DNA of 19,712 nucleotides from a virus: UHGV virus genome UHGV-0268470; one strand, 5' to 3'. Shown piece by piece: positions 19,258 to 19,712 of this stretch (position 1 is its first letter; each line of letters starts with the position of its first letter). The notes under the pieces were generated by a model. It saw only the letters and a program-made list of their open reading frames with translations, ran no database searches and was not told where the DNA came from. The position numbers and the translations under genes were made by a program.

Positions 19258-19712
19258 TACGCCTCCTGCTTGTCGCGCAGCAGCTGGAACTCGCAGCTCT
19301 GCGGAATAGTCAGGTGGCAGCCAATATTCACCGCCCAGGCTTCAACCTTACACAGGAAGACATACATCTCTCCGGTATCGAGATCGGAGGTATGGCGTAA
19401 CGACTGGATAGTAGTGATTTCGCCGGTTACGACATCAACCAGGTCCTTGGTTTCATAACCGAGGTATGTGTGTTTGAGAGCATCTTTTACCCATGCTGCG
19501 GTAGCGAACGATTTCCCCCTGCTGATGAGGTATTCACTGATTTCGCTGTACCACATGTGGCTGAGTGCATTCTGGGAAAGACTGCGTTTCTCACGCCACG
19601 GTTTAAGCACCATGCGAAAGCATTTTCCGTTCTCCAGATAAGGCTGGATCTGCTGGCCGATAGCGATGAAGTTACCGCGATGCAGTTTGATGCCATCTTG
19701 TGGTAGGTTCAC
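19257..19712 (-). CDS. ybcN: YbcN-like protein (151 aa), NinB-related; the start coincides with the window edge and may be truncated
   Basis: (M)NLPQDGIKLHRGNFIAIGQQIQPYLENGKCFRMVLKPWREKRSLSQNALSHMWYSEISEY... with an RSLSQN motif reminiscent of NinB. First codon in the window is GTG at 19712..19710. Confidence 0.6.
   Translation of the reverse strand: MNLPQDGIKLHRGNFIAIGQQIQPYLENGKCFRMVLKPWREKRSLSQNALSHMWYSEISEYLISRGKSFATAAWVKDALKHTYLGYETKDLVDVVTGEITTIQSLRHTSDLDTGEMYVFLCKVEAWAVNIGCHLTIPQSCEFQLLRDKQEA

Overview
This window is the late (morphogenetic and lysis) region of a lambda-like prophage, almost entirely encoded on the minus strand. Reading in the phage's own direction (high to low coordinates) it runs: a nin-region module (ybcN-like, ninE, ybcO-like, rusA, ylcG-like) -> a 229-aa Q-position protein -> late promoter/terminator region -> holin, endolysin R, Rz/Rz1 -> bor (plus strand) -> a small moron island -> cos -> Nu1, A, W, B, C/Nu3, D, E, FI, FII, Z, U, V, G/GT, H, M and the start of L. 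The head, tail, R, Rz and Bor proteins match phage lambda as I recall it, nearly residue for residue; the holin, the Q-position protein and the nin module do not, so the element is mosaic. Two things stand out. (1) The portal gene B is broken by an inversion of its middle third, bounded by perfect inverted duplications of 80 bp and 74 bp. (2) The bor-cos island carries a lipoprotein whose mature part is a stand-alone TonB C-terminal domain, next to a secreted Cys-rich mini-protein. No tRNA, rRNA, CRISPR array, integrase or att site was seen. All identifications rest on reading the sequence and on recalled protein sequences; no database search was run.
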